Below are positions 1 through 12,623 of a DNA stretch of 64,000 bases, in pieces; within the stretch, counting starts at the first letter, position 1; the number at the start of each line of letters is the position of its first letter. The notes under the pieces were generated by a model. The model was given only the letters and a program-made list of their open reading frames with translations, searched no databases and was not told the DNA's origin. The stretch is from Schizochytrium sp. TIO01 (taxonomy: Eukaryota > Protista > Bigyra: Labyrinthulomycetes): contig SMSO01000025.1 in assembly GCA_004764695.1 (NCBI GenBank), positions 3,410,001-3,474,000 on the forward strand, given 5' to 3'. The position numbers and the translations under genes are program-made.

Positions 1-837
1 GATTCTGAACTTTTAAAGACAGCCTGTGGCGCACTTCGAAACTTGGCAGGTGACGAGCGCAACAGAGAGATCTTAGGTCAAGAACTCAACGCAGGCACAC
101 AGATACTTGCTGCGATGTGTGACTTTCCTGATAATCCCGGGATGCAAGAAAAGGCCCTTGCAGCTTTGGAGATGCTTGCACTCAATGAACGTAACGAGGT
201 AACGTTTTGTCAGGATCTCCGGGTTGCCAGTGAGGTGCTTGCAGCCATGCGTACACACCACGAAGATGCTGGTGTCCAGGAAAAGGCATGCGGCGTTTTA
301 TGGAGTCTTTCGGTAAACGACCGCAACAAAGAGATTTTAGGTCAAGAACTTGGGGTCGGACGCATGGTATTGGCCGCCATGCGTGCCCATAGCAATCAAG
401 CTGGTCTACAAAGACGTGCATGTGGCACCCTTCGTAATTTATCTATGAACAAGCGCAACAAAGAAATGTTGGGGCGAGATTTAAATGCTGGAAGTGAAAT
501 CCTCACAGCGATGCGGACTCATCGTCAAGACGAAAATGTGCAGCTGGAGGCATGCGGTGCTTTGAGGAACCTCTCAGGAAACAAGAAGAACAAAGTAATT
601 CTTGGCCTGGAACTCAATGCAGGATTGGAAGTCCTAAAAACGATGCGTATGCATCAGCGAAACGAGCGTATTCAAAATGAAGCTTGCAATGTCCTTAGAC
701 ACCTTGCGAAAGATGTGAATGTACAGTCAACTTTATGTAGCTTGGGAGCTCAAGAGCAGATTGCTGAAGCACAAACTCGGTTCCCTAGACTTAAGTCGCC
801 AAAGCAGGCACTATCTCGACTCACAACATCCTATTAG
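1..837 (+). CDS. Armadillo-repeat protein, 3' part (5' end lies outside the window)
   Basis: Frame is open from base 1 (DSELLKTACGALRNLAG...). ~44-aa repeats with ACGALRNLS / ACGVLWSLS / ACNVLRHLA helix-3 motifs. Stop TAG at 835-837. Confidence 0.9.
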   Translation, partial: DSELLKTACGALRNLAGDERNREILGQELNAGTQILAAMCDFPDNPGMQEKALAALEMLALNERNEVTFCQDLRVASEVLAAMRTHHEDAGVQEKACGVLWSLSVNDRNKEILGQELGVGRMVLAAMRAHSNQAGLQRRACGTLRNLSMNKRNKEMLGRDLNAGSEILTAMRTHRQDENVQLEACGALRNLSGNKKNKVILGLELNAGLEVLKTMRMHQRNERIQNEACNVLRHLAKDVNVQSTLCSLGAQEQIAEAQTRFPRLKSPKQALSRLTTSY

Positions 838-2539
838 GAATACGCACTGTTAGCTAATATTGCTTCCGTAGCGCCTGTCTTTATTTTGTTGGCCTTTGGT
901 GCTTTCGAAAACACAATTTTCATGGAAGAAAACTGGGCACTATCCACTTGAATCTTATTTTCTTACATTTGACTATGCGACCCACCTTCTATTAGGAAAT
1001 GCCCTACCTTAATTTTCTTCCGCCACCCATGAATTTCTACTTTAATCCATAAAATCAAATCATTGAGAAGCCATAATTTCATAGCTCGTCTGCTAAAGAA
1101 TAACAATCAGGTGAAATCTCGTGCTAGGGTTGATCTCACGCAATATATTTGGGAAAACGCATTGTAATAAATCTACAAATATAAATGAAAGGGACAACCG
1201 CACGCTTCTTCGGGGTCGTTTTAGAATAGTGTGCATCATATCTCGAAATTCTCTCAGTGAAGACCGGATGGATACATTAAAGAGTGCATTTGAGACTTGG
1301 ATAAAAACCTGTCCCTGGAAAGTCTACCAAAGTTTGATCTCTTTTTTCTTAGGTGAGCCATTTTTCTTTCTAAATACTTATGCCAATATTGGTCATTATT
1401 GAAAGTCGATTTTCGTGTACCTGGTAACATTTCTCAGAAACTTTGCTAAGTAACATTTGAAGCATAAACTTTAGGTGCTTAGAACACAGCTTTTAAAGAA
1501 AGCCATCATTAATTTGACCACTTTAGCATTCTATGTCTTTCGCTTTAACCAACACAACCTTGTGATGAAAATAGAGGTGTTTACGTCAAGTTGAATATAA
1601 AAGCTGGTCTCAAATTTTCTCTGCACGCAGGAGGAGGAAAGCAACAGCTGAAAACATGAAAGCGGTCGCAACTATTCTCCAAATAATAAGGAGCAGACTG
1701 CTGCCTTTTAATGGTCTGAGCCTGTAGCACAATCTGAAGACAAAGAAGGGGTTATGATCTATACAGAATAGAATTGAATGAGAGTTTCACCCTAAGATCC
1801 AACTTCCTTAAGTCACACCTCATTTTTGCCACTGGAGCGCCAATATCACTTTTTGAATCACTTTTCTTTCGGCTTTCACTGTCAACTTCAAGTTCGTCAG
1901 GCAATAATTCTCACTCCACGTCAGCGATAGTTAGCAGCCCCGATTCCGCCATGTCGGTAGGTACCTTCCTCTAGAAACCCTTTAGTAGAGCAGTATTAAG
2001 AAAAAAAATGTGATCTCTACAATAATTTCGATATCTCGTACGAAAGCTGTATAGTCATAATAGTCTAGCACATTTTGATACTTCAGCTGCCGGTTGGAGG
2101 TAGTACAGCAAAATGCCGTCAAGCGACTGAGACCTCTGCGTCGACCAAGCACAGTCTAGCATTCGAGTGCACCGCCTTCAGCTAGCGCGTGAATGAATGG
2201 GCGAATAATGCGGATTTTGCTCTCTTGGTCTTCACTGAGCGAATCATCATGAGAGTGCGTACAACAATAACCAAGTTGGGGCCTCCCGTTGCTTGTCGCT
2301 GTTGTGTCACTTAGATTCCATGATTGAACAAGCGGTCATACAAATATGCATTAATGGGATGCTCATACTGTTTAAGTTTGCGTGATCGTTAGCAAGAATG
2401 GTTCTGAGAAAGCAATCACGGTGCTGGGAGCTTCAGACTCGATGGCCCTGACGATGCTATCTATGGCTCGGCTCTCGCACCAACTGCGATCATACACTCG
2501 GACAGATGATGCCTTAGCATGCAGGATTCAGTAGGAAGG

Positions 2540-2600
2540 GAGCGAGTGAGCGAGCGAGCGAGCGAGCGAGTGAGTGAGTGAGTGAGTGAGTGAGTGAGTG
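2540..2600. repeat. Compound (GAGC)n/(GAGT)n microsatellite
   Basis: Seen directly in sequence. Confidence 0.9.
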
Positions 2601-5600
2601 CGGGAGAGGGTAACTATTTCGAAGACCTTAGGCTATCGAGTGAGCTACTTGCCTCTCGCTTGAGCAAACGCTGCCCTGCCAACGCGGAGTTCAGAGCAAG
2701 CTCTCCTGTTGAGCCGTTGCTTCATGAGCGCTTCTGTTCTTTTGGCGTGCAGGTCAATACATATTAAAGCAGCACGTGTTTTTAAAAGGACATGAGATAA
2801 ATTAGCCAATTGCGGCAATCTCTGCTTTCGAGTGGCACCCACGTGGAGACATTTGCAAGTGTCACGGAGCCTACATGGCGGCACCCACCGTAACCCTGTA
2901 GGCTGTTATACCGCGGGCGAAGCTGCAACTTGGTTCCTCAAACTTGACAGGTAGTTCACTATGCAATAAGTCATCCAGCAGGCAGCCAGGATGCAGTAAA
3001 GCAAGGAAGCTATTGATTTTGTACAAAGCCATTGTTTTGAAGTCTCTAGAGATACCTGCCAACCTACCTCCCGCAGGCTCCCATCGAGTAAGGCGGGAGG
3101 GAAGTTTTAGACCAAGCCTGGCGAGCTTCAGTTGTTCGACTGCTGAAGCCATTGTCTATTGAATCGCAGTTTGTACTCGAAATGAGCTGTGGCTTCAGGC
3201 TGTTACCCGCTAAAAGTTGCAGCATCCAGAGATTTTAGTTGGTATCGCATGATTGTTGAAATTAATTCAACAGTTCTCCCGCTAAAAACAATCATAAAAA
3301 CAAAAACTCGTTTGACTTCTTCTTTTTTTTCTTTTTATCCCCTTTTCTTTCTAAAATAGCTCCGGCCCTGTGTGGCTCCTGGCGGTTTCCTGCGATGAGA
3401 CCGAGACTCTGTCCGTTCACCTTCTTTTCCCGGTCCAGGGTCTCTTGTCCGAAGGTCTTGCGAGCCTGAGACCGTTTTGAATTAGTGGTTATCCCTCTAC
3501 AACAGAGGACCGGATATAATTGTTATTTATTTTTCCTAGCTTAAGGACTATTCATAATTGAAAGAAAAGAAAAGAAACGAAGAAAAGTGGAATCAGGGTT
3601 GCGGTTGGCACGTGCACCAGTTGCACATATCAGTAGTTGCACGCGCTGGCACCAGACGATTCAACGTGAGGACTAGTAAGCAAGTTTTGCTTGTGGTGTC
3701 AGGGCAGGGGCTAGAACCCGCATAGCCCGCCAGATGGCTTCCCAAGCAGCTTGATCGGAGCTGCGCAGCGTGCGGGGGGTCTGTTTGCAGAAAGTTGCGA
3801 CGGAAGTTATGCTTTTGTTCCTTTTCTATTCCGTTTTCAGCCATTTTGGAAAAGTTAAAGAAAAGAAAGGAAGATTAGGTTGGCTTCTGAGCATCGTGCT
3901 TTGAAAAATCAGCCGTAGATAGGTAGGAGCCTACCTACATCCCTCTTGCTAGATCCTGGCACGACGAATGCCTGATCCAACAGACATTGAAGACCCTCCC
4001 AAAACCTACCAACAGACATGAATAATCAATTTGGCTCAAATCTTGATAGATCTCCTGTTGCATGACCATCTTCACTGCAATCAATGATGTTTTGCTCAAT
4101 CAAGTTCTGATGCTTGATTGAGCAAAAAAATTCATAGCGAGGGAGTGTACCTATCAATGAATCTGCGATTTTAAATACTCGAAAGCGTAAACGGCAAACT
4201 AACGTCAAAGTAGGCAGAAGAAGGAGCTTGTTCCGTATAAGTTTATGGTTGAGAAGGCAGATGAGTGAGCGGTTGCTGCTCGGTCAGTGTATCAGTAAAA
4301 TAATCGGGAGCAGGACCAAACTGAGGGAAGAAGCGTAGCAACGCTACTATGGTGCGTATAGAACTCAACATGTGGTGGTGGAAGAACGAACAGGATACTT
4401 TACTGACCACTCGATCTTTCTACAGGTATAGTAGTAAGTTCAATAATTTGGCACGTTGGTTGGTTATCACGCATGGGCCCTTTGGTTGCAATGAGACACA
4501 GAATGTTTTAACTTTGATATTTTGATAAAATACAAAAGGAGACCAGGTTTGTTAGATCGTCATATTGAGCCGCAGGTAGATCAATTGTGGAAGGAATGTT
4601 GACAGGAGACAGCCTAATATTCCAGTTCTCTATATATCAGTTTGAGACTTGGAATTGATTACGGAGCCCAGATGATTTATGCAGTGGGAGAGTAGAGCTT
4701 AGATCTCGCTCGTGGACGAACATGAATATTTCATTCTAGGCCTGGTGTCCCACGCAACCTCGCTCGATGATTTTTTTCAAAGTGAGAGCGTGGTAGTAGG
4801 TAGGTACGTACATACGACTTGAATCTATTTACTTATATCTAGAACTTTTTGTTTATGCCGCGTAGGTAACCAGTTGCCAGCGATAGTAGGTGGTACTAGC
4901 ATCATCTATCATGTTGATTTTATACCAGGATTTAAAAACGTTCATCAATCACTGTGAATCATATCTCATGATACATTTTTATAGTCGGAACCTTTCCAAA
5001 GTCCTACGTTTTTCAAACCAAAGTAGCCAGGCCGTCTTTATGGCGAGAACCCAAGGTGAGTAGATGGATTATGACCCAACGAGAGTCTACAAGGAGAACT
5101 AACATCTGTGTTGATACTGGCACAGCCAGGCGGTGAGATACGCACTGGTAAACTGCAAACAAGCAGGCAACTTCGCTACAAACAAGCTGATCGACTTGTC
5201 AAACTACTCCAGAAATAGTACTTTCCTTAGACCATTTACTCTTGAACCTCAAGTGAGTTGAAGGGCCTTTCAAGCGAGTCGATCCACACACACGGCTACG
5301 TGCGCGTGCACGCTAGCCTGTTCGCTGTGTACCCCCTCCATACGCATCCCCTCCCGCATTGCGGTTTTTCGCTCATATAAAGCTTCCCAACAGAACAGAA
5401 CGGGTACATTAGGGGGCTATATGGGGTGTTTTAGCGGCGCGGAGGCGGCACCGAAAAGAGAAAAGGAAAGCTTTCAAAAAAACAAAAAACAATCTTTTGT
5501 TTTTTCGTAAACAGGAAAGAAAGAATTTTAAAGTGGAAGGGTAGAAAGGAGGAGCAGGAAGAAGTTGGCGTGTGGGAAGAAGCATTGAGAGGAAAACAAA

Positions 5601-7788
5601 AGAAGCGAGAGCTAAAGGGCCGTCGTTGCTAACCGAATGCAACTTGCGTCTGTTGAGCAGTGTACTAGCACTCGCTCCAACCGCTTTAATGGCAGGCGAC
5701 TACTAAACTTGTTTCGTTCTTCGGGTAGCTAGGTGCTTCAGGTTTCTCCGCCTTAATAATCAATGATCATGATTATCATCATCACCTGTTCAGATTAATC
5801 TGCTTCAATTGTCAAGATGTCTAGTACAGTATTTAGCGATCCAATTTGCTTTTTAAAACTACTGATCATCATCTCGAATTCACCATCACATTGCGTTGAC
5901 TATCGTGGATATTGCGTCACCCGTCAGTTCGGCATAAAGAGATCTAATTTGGAGTAACCGGGCTTCTGATGACGATCAACTCGAGCCTGAGTGGCGATCA
6001 TAAACCATGCTCGGGATGATGATCGCTACTTGCCATCCCGTAAATAGGAATTGCGAGGACTGCCAGTGCTAAAGAATGTGAGGGATTCATTTCCAATCGA
6101 CACGCAGACTGACAGGAAAGATGGAAAAAGACACACAGTTCAAGTGCAAATAAAAGACAGACAAAAGACACACCTGCTTACACTTACTACTACCACCAAC
6201 ACTATTGGTTGAGAGAAAGAAGCTGATCCTCGAAACTGAGCAGCAGCCGCGATGGCTACGAATAGTTTGTTATAAGAGCGTCCTTGGTTTGACTTGAGCA
6301 GGCAGCGAGGACCGATGCCGACTAAAACGAGGGGTCGATGATTGTCTCGGAACGAGAATAGTTTTCAAAATTGGATGATTAAACTCACAATGAAGATGCC
6401 CCCCTTTTTTTTTCTTTTTTTTTCTTTTTTTTTTCTTTCTCTCTCTCTCTTCATTATTAATTTGTAATAAACTTTTATAAAATAAATATGGCGGTAGGTA
6501 GGTAGTACCCTCAGCAACTATCGTAGCTATTTTAACAGCGCGACAGCTTTAAGTTCTTTCAGCAGTTGGGTTTGTCTATACTGTGCAAACTGTATATCCT
6601 ATTCACTCCCGACTTCTCAGATTGGCTTGGCCTTAGAAAGCCTAAAAACCTCATCTTTTTGTTCGCCCACTGTTCTCGCCTTTTATTCCTTTCCTTTTAC
6701 TCGTTTTTTCTTTTTCTTTTTTCAAAACGTAATAGAGAAGAAGAAGTTAGTTTTGACATTTGCAAACTAAGCTCGCTACACCCGCTATCACTCCCTCGAC
6801 GGTGGCGCGTTTGCAGTCCAAACGTCCCTGCAGCATCAATTCCGTGTCTACTCGGGCAAGCCAGAGTCTTCTGGTGCCTCGCCATCCTGAAGACCTTCAT
6901 TTGCTTGCGAAAGAGCTGAGGTAGTAGTAAAACAAGTAATTCTAAGAAAGAACCAGTAGGTAGGTAGTACAAAAAAGAAAAAGTTAAAAAGAAAAAGAAA
7001 TTAAACGAGAAAGAGCTTCACAGACTTTATTTATGCACGCGCGGCGGGAGCAACCTGGACACCGCGCTACTTTCCAGAGTGAACAAGCAAGACCCTTTTG
7101 CCGCCGCCGGCTGTAGCCGCACAAATCACGGTTGCCGCAAGGCACGGCACTATAGATTGCCCCGTGGAGGGGCCTCGCGCCTTCCCGGCTTCGCTATACT
7201 CCACGCTCTGTGGATTGAAGCCAACTCCGCACGGCGGCATTGAGAACGCAGTAACAACAACAACAACAACAACAATAGCAGTAGCAGCAGTTGTGGCAAG
7301 CAAGCATTATAGCCAACAAAGCAACGAGCCGCAAAACAAACGAGGGAGCGACTTCTTGGTGCGCTGTGCCCTCCGTTTTGCTGGGAGTTTAAGTCCTCGG
7401 CTCATAAGAGCGAGGCAATTCTCAATTCGTTTCTTTCTGGCGCACCAGAAAAGGGAATAGTGTTTTTGCTCGGAGTTCAAGCCATAGCACGTACATACGA
7501 ATAAAGCACATAAAAAGGCTTGTGGAGTTCGTAGGGCCGAAAGGCGATATGAGGACGCCAACAACTTTGACATCGCAAAAAGGATGTGATCAGATATGTA
7601 TAGAGCAGCAGTGTGGCTTCTGGAAATGTCATGGGGAGCAGCATAACTCTGGATATAGCAACTGTTCTGTCGAGCGATTAGAATTATCTGTGGGCGACCT
7701 GCAGCGCCAATCGATAAGCAGGAAAAGGAGACCCCGCCAGCGTAGTGAGGTATCGAGGAGAGCGCTGGAAAGGTTCAGTGTAGCAAGC

Positions 7789-10700
7789 ATGATGTTAACA
7801 GGGTGGATGATTGTTGCGCTTTTAGCTTCTCTCCCCATGGGAAGTGCTCAAGATCTTAGCAATGGCGAGCTTATTTTTAGTCTAACAATTCGAGACTTCC
7901 TGCCCAGCTTTTGCATGGCCGAGGGAACATACCCTGGCTTTACAACTGATACAGTGTCAGATGGGGCGTATATTAGTGATGAAAAATCGAAATGCCCTAC
8001 AACAGATGATAGCGTCGACCTTGGGCACCCTGATTTTGAGGTGCGATTTGGCGCCTATGGTGTTACTGGATACACCTGGACGCTGAGTAATCCCATTTCT
8101 AGTGATAGCGGAGCTGTATCAACAATCATCAATCGCACACTCATGCAGAGGGCAAGCTCGGGGTTGAGCAAGCCTGTCTATTGCTCAGAGGATCGTTGTG
8201 GTTATAACGATAAAGACTACTACATCACCACAAACCAGTCGATGTTTGACGAATGGTATAATGACGCAAGTCGCAATAGGCGAAGTGGTATGCAGCTCAT
8301 CTTGAGTGAAACAACATCAGATTCTGGAGTTTATGAGTACAACAGTGAAGAAACACAGATTGGCAACACGATTGGCTTTTTTGGTCCTCTTGACTACGTG
8401 CTCAATCTAACTGATGATTCTCTGCTTAATGTCTGGCCATCCACTGAGCAAGAACGCTCATTAGGGCATAAATATTCCTTTACATCAGAGCTCCACACAT
8501 GGTTTCAATTCTCGGGCAACGAGTCATTTTATTTCAGTGGAGATGATGATGTTTGGGTTTTCATCAATGGGCATCTCGTTGTTGACCTCGGTGGTGTTCA
8601 TTCACGAGCAGAAACTCAGGTAGTACTAAACAGCACAATATCATCACGTCTAGGTCTTGAGGTTGGCGAATTCTATGAGCTTGATTTCTTTCATGCTGAG
8701 CGGCACACTTCAGATTCCAACTTTTGGATTACAACAACAATGCTCCCCAGTTGTACTGGACTGTTTTCGGGAGAGTATACGCTTTTATCTGAAGACACTA
8801 ACGCATTTGTATCCCTTGATAGATTAACATCATCGCGTATTAAGTCTAACTACCTTGAGCTCACAGCGGGCGAAGATGAATATGTAGGTCGACGAATCTT
8901 TTCAGCGAGCGAGCAGAATGTAGGCTCTGGGTTTGTCGCCACATTTAATGTAACAATCACTGGAGATTCTTCAAATACAAACTATGGATGCGCATTTGTG
9001 ATTCAAAACCGTCCTGATGGACTCGATAATTATCCTGTGACAATGGGCCCTGGCTTGGGCTTTCGATTCGTGTCCGCAAGCTTTGCCGTTGTCTTTGATG
9101 CTCAGAACATGCAGGTACGACTCCATCATGTAAATTCCCCTGATGAACTTAATACGCCATTAGGGAATACTACACGGACCATGTATGATAGCTTTCAAAT
9201 GAAAACAAATGGTACTCATGCAGTCCGCATTCAGTATCTGTGGAATCCTGCATGGTTCGAGGTTTACATTGACGACAGCCTTTATCTTCGCGAGAAGGAT
9301 GTCAATTTGACTGAAATCCTTGGTAGCGGTAGCGCTTATGTTGGTTTTACCTCTGGTACTGCCTCTAATCCGTCAACCCAGGTAATTTCTGACTTTAAAA
9401 TGCGCACCATGCAGGTTAGCTACACGGAGACGGAATTTTTAAGCGAAGCAAATCAGCCCAATAATGTGGGTTATATCGTTAGTAACACCCCTTCAAGGGT
9501 GCGAGTTCAGACGTATGATGCTTGTGGTCGTATTATTGGTTTCGGTGGAGATAGTTCCCGCCTCTCAGGTATTTATGTACGCGTTGATGAGGATGTAAGC
9601 GGACGACGTCTTCAAGATAACTCCACCGAGATCTCCGTTGTAAATGCAACGGTTGTGGACAACGAAGATGGAACTTATGATCTTGAATTGTATTCGGACG
9701 AGGAAGGTGTGTTCGTTCTGTATGCTACGTTTGGAGAAAACTGCACCATTGAAGTTTCTTCCGATGATGGCACAGTTGCACTGTCTGACTCATCGAGCTC
9801 TGACTGTTGGTTCGAGGAATACTCTGATGGTGTGACGATGGAGTATGGCACCTATGCACCAACAGTGCCCACACCTGCGCCTTTTACCTATGCACCTACT
9901 GCATCTGAAGTATCAGAGCATATACCTTACATGTACGCAGGCGCAGGTATGATCTGTGCATTGATGGTTTGTATCTGTTATGGCCAGCGTAAGAAAAGAC
10001 AATGGGAGGATGCAAAGCGCTACGTAGAGGATGGAAAGAACTATCTGGAAGACAATCGACGCATGAAGGAGATTGATTATCATGATCAAGAATTAACTGG
10101 CAGAGCAAAACAGCTATACTTGTATCGAATGTCAATCTTAAGACATAAGGCAAGTAAAGACGCCATTGAACGCGAAGATGATTTCAAAAATCTCCAAGCG
10201 GAACAGCGAGCTCTTCGAGCCGAGCTTCGGTCTGTGAAGAGATCCCAGCAAGAACACAATGAGGATGGAAGTACGAGACTTAGTGCTCTTAATCAGTTTC
10301 GTCGCACCCGGAGGCAATTTTTGCCAGATCGTATGTCGCTTGGCAAGCGTCGCGCGTCTTCTGCGTCAACGGATGCTACGTCATCTACAGCTCTTGCAAC
10401 ACTTGGGCCTGACAGAATGGGTGATATGGATCATGGCCTCGACACGCTTTACGAAGTTGATCTAGAGGCTGATGAAATGGGCTCTTCTGACTTCGTTAGT
10501 ACACGTCCAACGAGAGTACAGCCTCCACCCCCACCTCCAATGCCTCCTCCTTCCGAATCTACAGATTCAGATGACCTGGTTCCTCCAATGCCACCTGAGC
10601 CTTTGACACGTTCTTCAGTAACACGCGGCTTATCAAATTTGTTTTCCGCAATGAGCTTTGGAGCATGGCGTGAGTCCCTCGCACGAGAGTGTCCGCCACC

Positions 10701-10896
10701 TCCACCATTACCAGAAAGCGATGACGAAGATGAGTATGACGATAATCATGACATGGATGAAGAAAAGGAGGACTACCCAGAAAGTTACCCCGTTCCAAAC
10801 TTAGAGGAGCATAACCCAAACTGCAGACATTCATCTACAAGACGACAACGTCGTGTCTCTAGTTTATTCAAGAACCGGCAAGAACCCCCAATTTGA
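7789..10896 (+). CDS. Single-pass membrane protein: signal peptide, fibro-slime/PA14 domain, L-type-lectin-like and filamin/Ig-like regions, TM helix, cytoplasmic coiled-coil and polyproline/acidic tail
   Basis: Signal peptide MMLTGWMIVALLASLPMGSAQ (start chosen at ATG 7789; frame is open from 7522). Fibro-slime motifs TIRDF, HPDFE, FTSELHTWF..FYFSGDDDVWVFINGHLVVDLGGVH, FFHAERHT. Lectin-like AYVGFTSGT. Filamin-like DNEDGTYDL. TM IPYMYAGAGMICALMVCICYG followed by QRKKR. Confidence 0.85.
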   Translation: MMLTGWMIVALLASLPMGSAQDLSNGELIFSLTIRDFLPSFCMAEGTYPGFTTDTVSDGAYISDEKSKCPTTDDSVDLGHPDFEVRFGAYGVTGYTWTLSNPISSDSGAVSTIINRTLMQRASSGLSKPVYCSEDRCGYNDKDYYITTNQSMFDEWYNDASRNRRSGMQLILSETTSDSGVYEYNSEETQIGNTIGFFGPLDYVLNLTDDSLLNVWPSTEQERSLGHKYSFTSELHTWFQFSGNESFYFSGDDDVWVFINGHLVVDLGGVHSRAETQVVLNSTISSRLGLEVGEFYELDFFHAERHTSDSNFWITTTMLPSCTGLFSGEYTLLSEDTNAFVSLDRLTSSRIKSNYLELTAGEDEYVGRRIFSASEQNVGSGFVATFNVTITGDSSNTNYGCAFVIQNRPDGLDNYPVTMGPGLGFRFVSASFAVVFDAQNMQVRLHHVNSPDELNTPLGNTTRTMYDSFQMKTNGTHAVRIQYLWNPAWFEVYIDDSLYLREKDVNLTEILGSGSAYVGFTSGTASNPSTQVISDFKMRTMQVSYTETEFLSEANQPNNVGYIVSNTPSRVRVQTYDACGRIIGFGGDSSRLSGIYVRVDEDVSGRRLQDNSTEISVVNATVVDNEDGTYDLELYSDEEGVFVLYATFGENCTIEVSSDDGTVALSDSSSSDCWFEEYSDGVTMEYGTYAPTVPTPAPFTYAPTASEVSEHIPYMYAGAGMICALMVCICYGQRKKRQWEDAKRYVEDGKNYLEDNRRMKEIDYHDQELTGRAKQLYLYRMSILRHKASKDAIEREDDFKNLQAEQRALRAELRSVKRSQQEHNEDGSTRLSALNQFRRTRRQFLPDRMSLGKRRASSASTDATSSTALATLGPDRMGDMDHGLDTLYEVDLEADEMGSSDFVSTRPTRVQPPPPPPMPPPSESTDSDDLVPPMPPEPLTRSSVTRGLSNLFSAMSFGAWRESLARECPPPPPLPESDDEDEYDDNHDMDEEKEDYPESYPVPNLEEHNPNCRHSSTRRQRRVSSLFKNRQEPPI

Positions 10897-11236
10897 TTAC
10901 AATTTGAATATGTATAACAGTGAAAATCTTAGCAAATTTGTGTTCTTACTTAAATCGTTTTTCCGGAGGAAGTGAGATTGTGTCAATCTTGCTGTTTATA
11001 GTTATTTGCTGCTGTCTTGATTTGAAAATTTTGTATTTGACGGAAGCGCCTTGAACATAATCTCCCTAATCAGAGGTAAAAAGTCCAAGTCCCAAACAAT
11101 CACTCAATATGCGTTGAACACTTACTTTCCTGTCATTCACCTAAGTACGTCTCCTGCTGCTGCTATGATTTCTACTTTAAACTTATCGTTTATATGTGTT
11201 TGTAGCTGCATCGTGAGTATCCAATAAGAAGTACTA

Positions 11237-11318
11237 GCACTGATGCCCGAGTGGTCTAAGGGGTCGCATTCAAGCTGCGATATCTTCGGATGCGCGGGTT
11301 CGAACCCCGCTCAGTGTA
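11237..11318 (+). tRNA. trnL-CAA: tRNA-Leu(CAA), copy 1
   Basis: 82 nt. Acceptor stem GCACTGA/TCAGTGT, anticodon arm TCGCA-TTCAAGC-TGCGA, long variable arm, T arm GCGGG-TTCGAAC-CCCGC, downstream T-tract. Confidence 0.97.
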
Positions 11319-11429
11319 ATTATTTTTAGCCTATCCAAGAAATTGATACTTTTTTTAAAAGAACCTGTACTTTGCAGTAGGAACTACTAGGGACGTTGCG
11401 CATTCGATGTCATCCAATAGGAAACACTA

Positions 11430-11511
11430 GCACTGATGCCCGAGTGGTCTAAGGGGTCGCATTCAAGCTGCGATATCTTCGGATGCGCGGGTTCGAACCC
11501 CGCTCAGTGTA
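11430..11511 (+). tRNA. trnL-CAA: tRNA-Leu(CAA), copy 2
   Basis: Identical to copy 1; followed by a T7 Pol III terminator. Confidence 0.97.
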
Positions 11512-11764
11512 GTCTTTTTTCCCCTTGTGAAGCATTTGTGGTAGCTAGGCCCATGACCTTCTTCTTCGCTGTTGTGACTATGGCGATTTTTTATTAAAAA
11601 AAAAGAAAAAGTTTTAACTTATTATTAAAAAGAGTGGTTTTGGTATTTGTCTGTCGTTGTTATTCCTTCTCTTTTTTTGTTTATCACAAACATTATTCCT
11701 TAGATAAAAGTAGAAGCATAGGCTGATGATAGTTTGTGAATGACGATGAGCTCGTTGTAAACGT

Positions 11765-11846
11765 GCACTGATGCCCGAGTGGTCTAAGGGGTCGCATTCA
11801 AGCTGCGATATCTTCGGATGCGCGGGTTCGAACCCCGCTCAGTGTA
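11765..11846 (+). tRNA. trnL-CAA: tRNA-Leu(CAA), copy 3
   Basis: Identical to copy 1; followed by T-tracts. Confidence 0.97.
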
Positions 11847-11995
11847 TATTTTTTCATTTTCATTTTTTTTTTTAAATAAAAATGAAAATGTTAAAAAAGA
11901 AAAAAATGAAAATGTTAGAACTTTGTATATTTGTATATGGTTTTTTAGGTTTTTGTTTTAATTAAAGTTAAGAGAATAAGAGATCAGGTAAGAAA

Positions 11996-12601
11996 ATGGC
12001 ACGGCCAAAGAACCACCAAGCTCCTGACACTGCGAGTGAAGCAAACTTTTATTGTAAACCAGTGAAGTTCCCATCTCAGCAAGCATCCTCTAGGCACTCT
12101 CTCGGAGGCAATTGTATATACACAAGCAACGATGTTGAGAACGTCTATGACTGCGGTTCCAGCGGCCTTGAGCAACGCAGCATTCACCTTCCCATCAACT
12201 ACACCAGAGAGGCAAAACGATGATTTCGAACGTCAGGTTAGTGATCTCTAGCATGCCTATCCAGACGCTACAGTCGTCTACAAAAACATCGGAATAGGGT
12301 TTTACTTCAAAAAGTTGGGCTTGTGTGCCCTGTGACAGCGATAGAGACGACCAGGCTGTGATCATGCAACGCGACCGACTTGCGCGAATCGTCGTTGACC
12401 TCCTTTCTCTGCAATCTTTCTCTGCAATCTTTCTCTGCAGACTTTTCTCTGCAATCTTTCTCTGCAGACTTTCGCAAGAGCTTTCGTGCATCCACGGAAA
12501 AATTCCCAGACCAAGTAACCAATGGCATGCGCGTGCAAATGAATTGTTGGGATCATCTATTTACTTTCCCTTTTCGCATGACAGAAAGGGCCGGAGGATA
12601 A
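11996..12601 (+). pseudogene. tnpA: IS607-type serine recombinase (TnpA) pseudogene
   Basis: Joined across frames: MARP..YCKP..SLGGNCIYTSNDVENVY (partial MerR-like HTH) ..INYTR / RQNDDFERQVSDL*HAYPDATVVYKNIGIGFYFKKLGLCAL / DQAVIMQRDRLARIVVDLL .. FPFRMTER. Matches the IS607 consensus YARVSS..QKDDLERQ..DIGSGLNFKRKGL..DRLARFG. The catalytic VSS is deleted; in-frame TAG at 12249. Confidence 0.85.
12403..12472. repeat. ~5 x 13-14 bp minisatellite (CTTTCTCTGCAAT-like) inside the tnpA remnant
   Basis: Seen directly; interrupts the catalytic domain just after DRLAR..DLL. Confidence 0.85.
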
Positions 12602-12623
12602 GGCATCCGACCCGCACTACAGC

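Noticed and set aside
4026-4208. LIEQNIIDCS resembling the papain LSEQNLVDC motif
   Set aside because: No CGSCWAF catalytic motif or other supporting context; probably chance.
7522-7788. N-terminal extension of the fibro-slime ORF from the GTG/upstream ATG
   Set aside because: The signal peptide begins at ATG 7789; the upstream in-frame segment is more likely 5' UTR, though not excluded.
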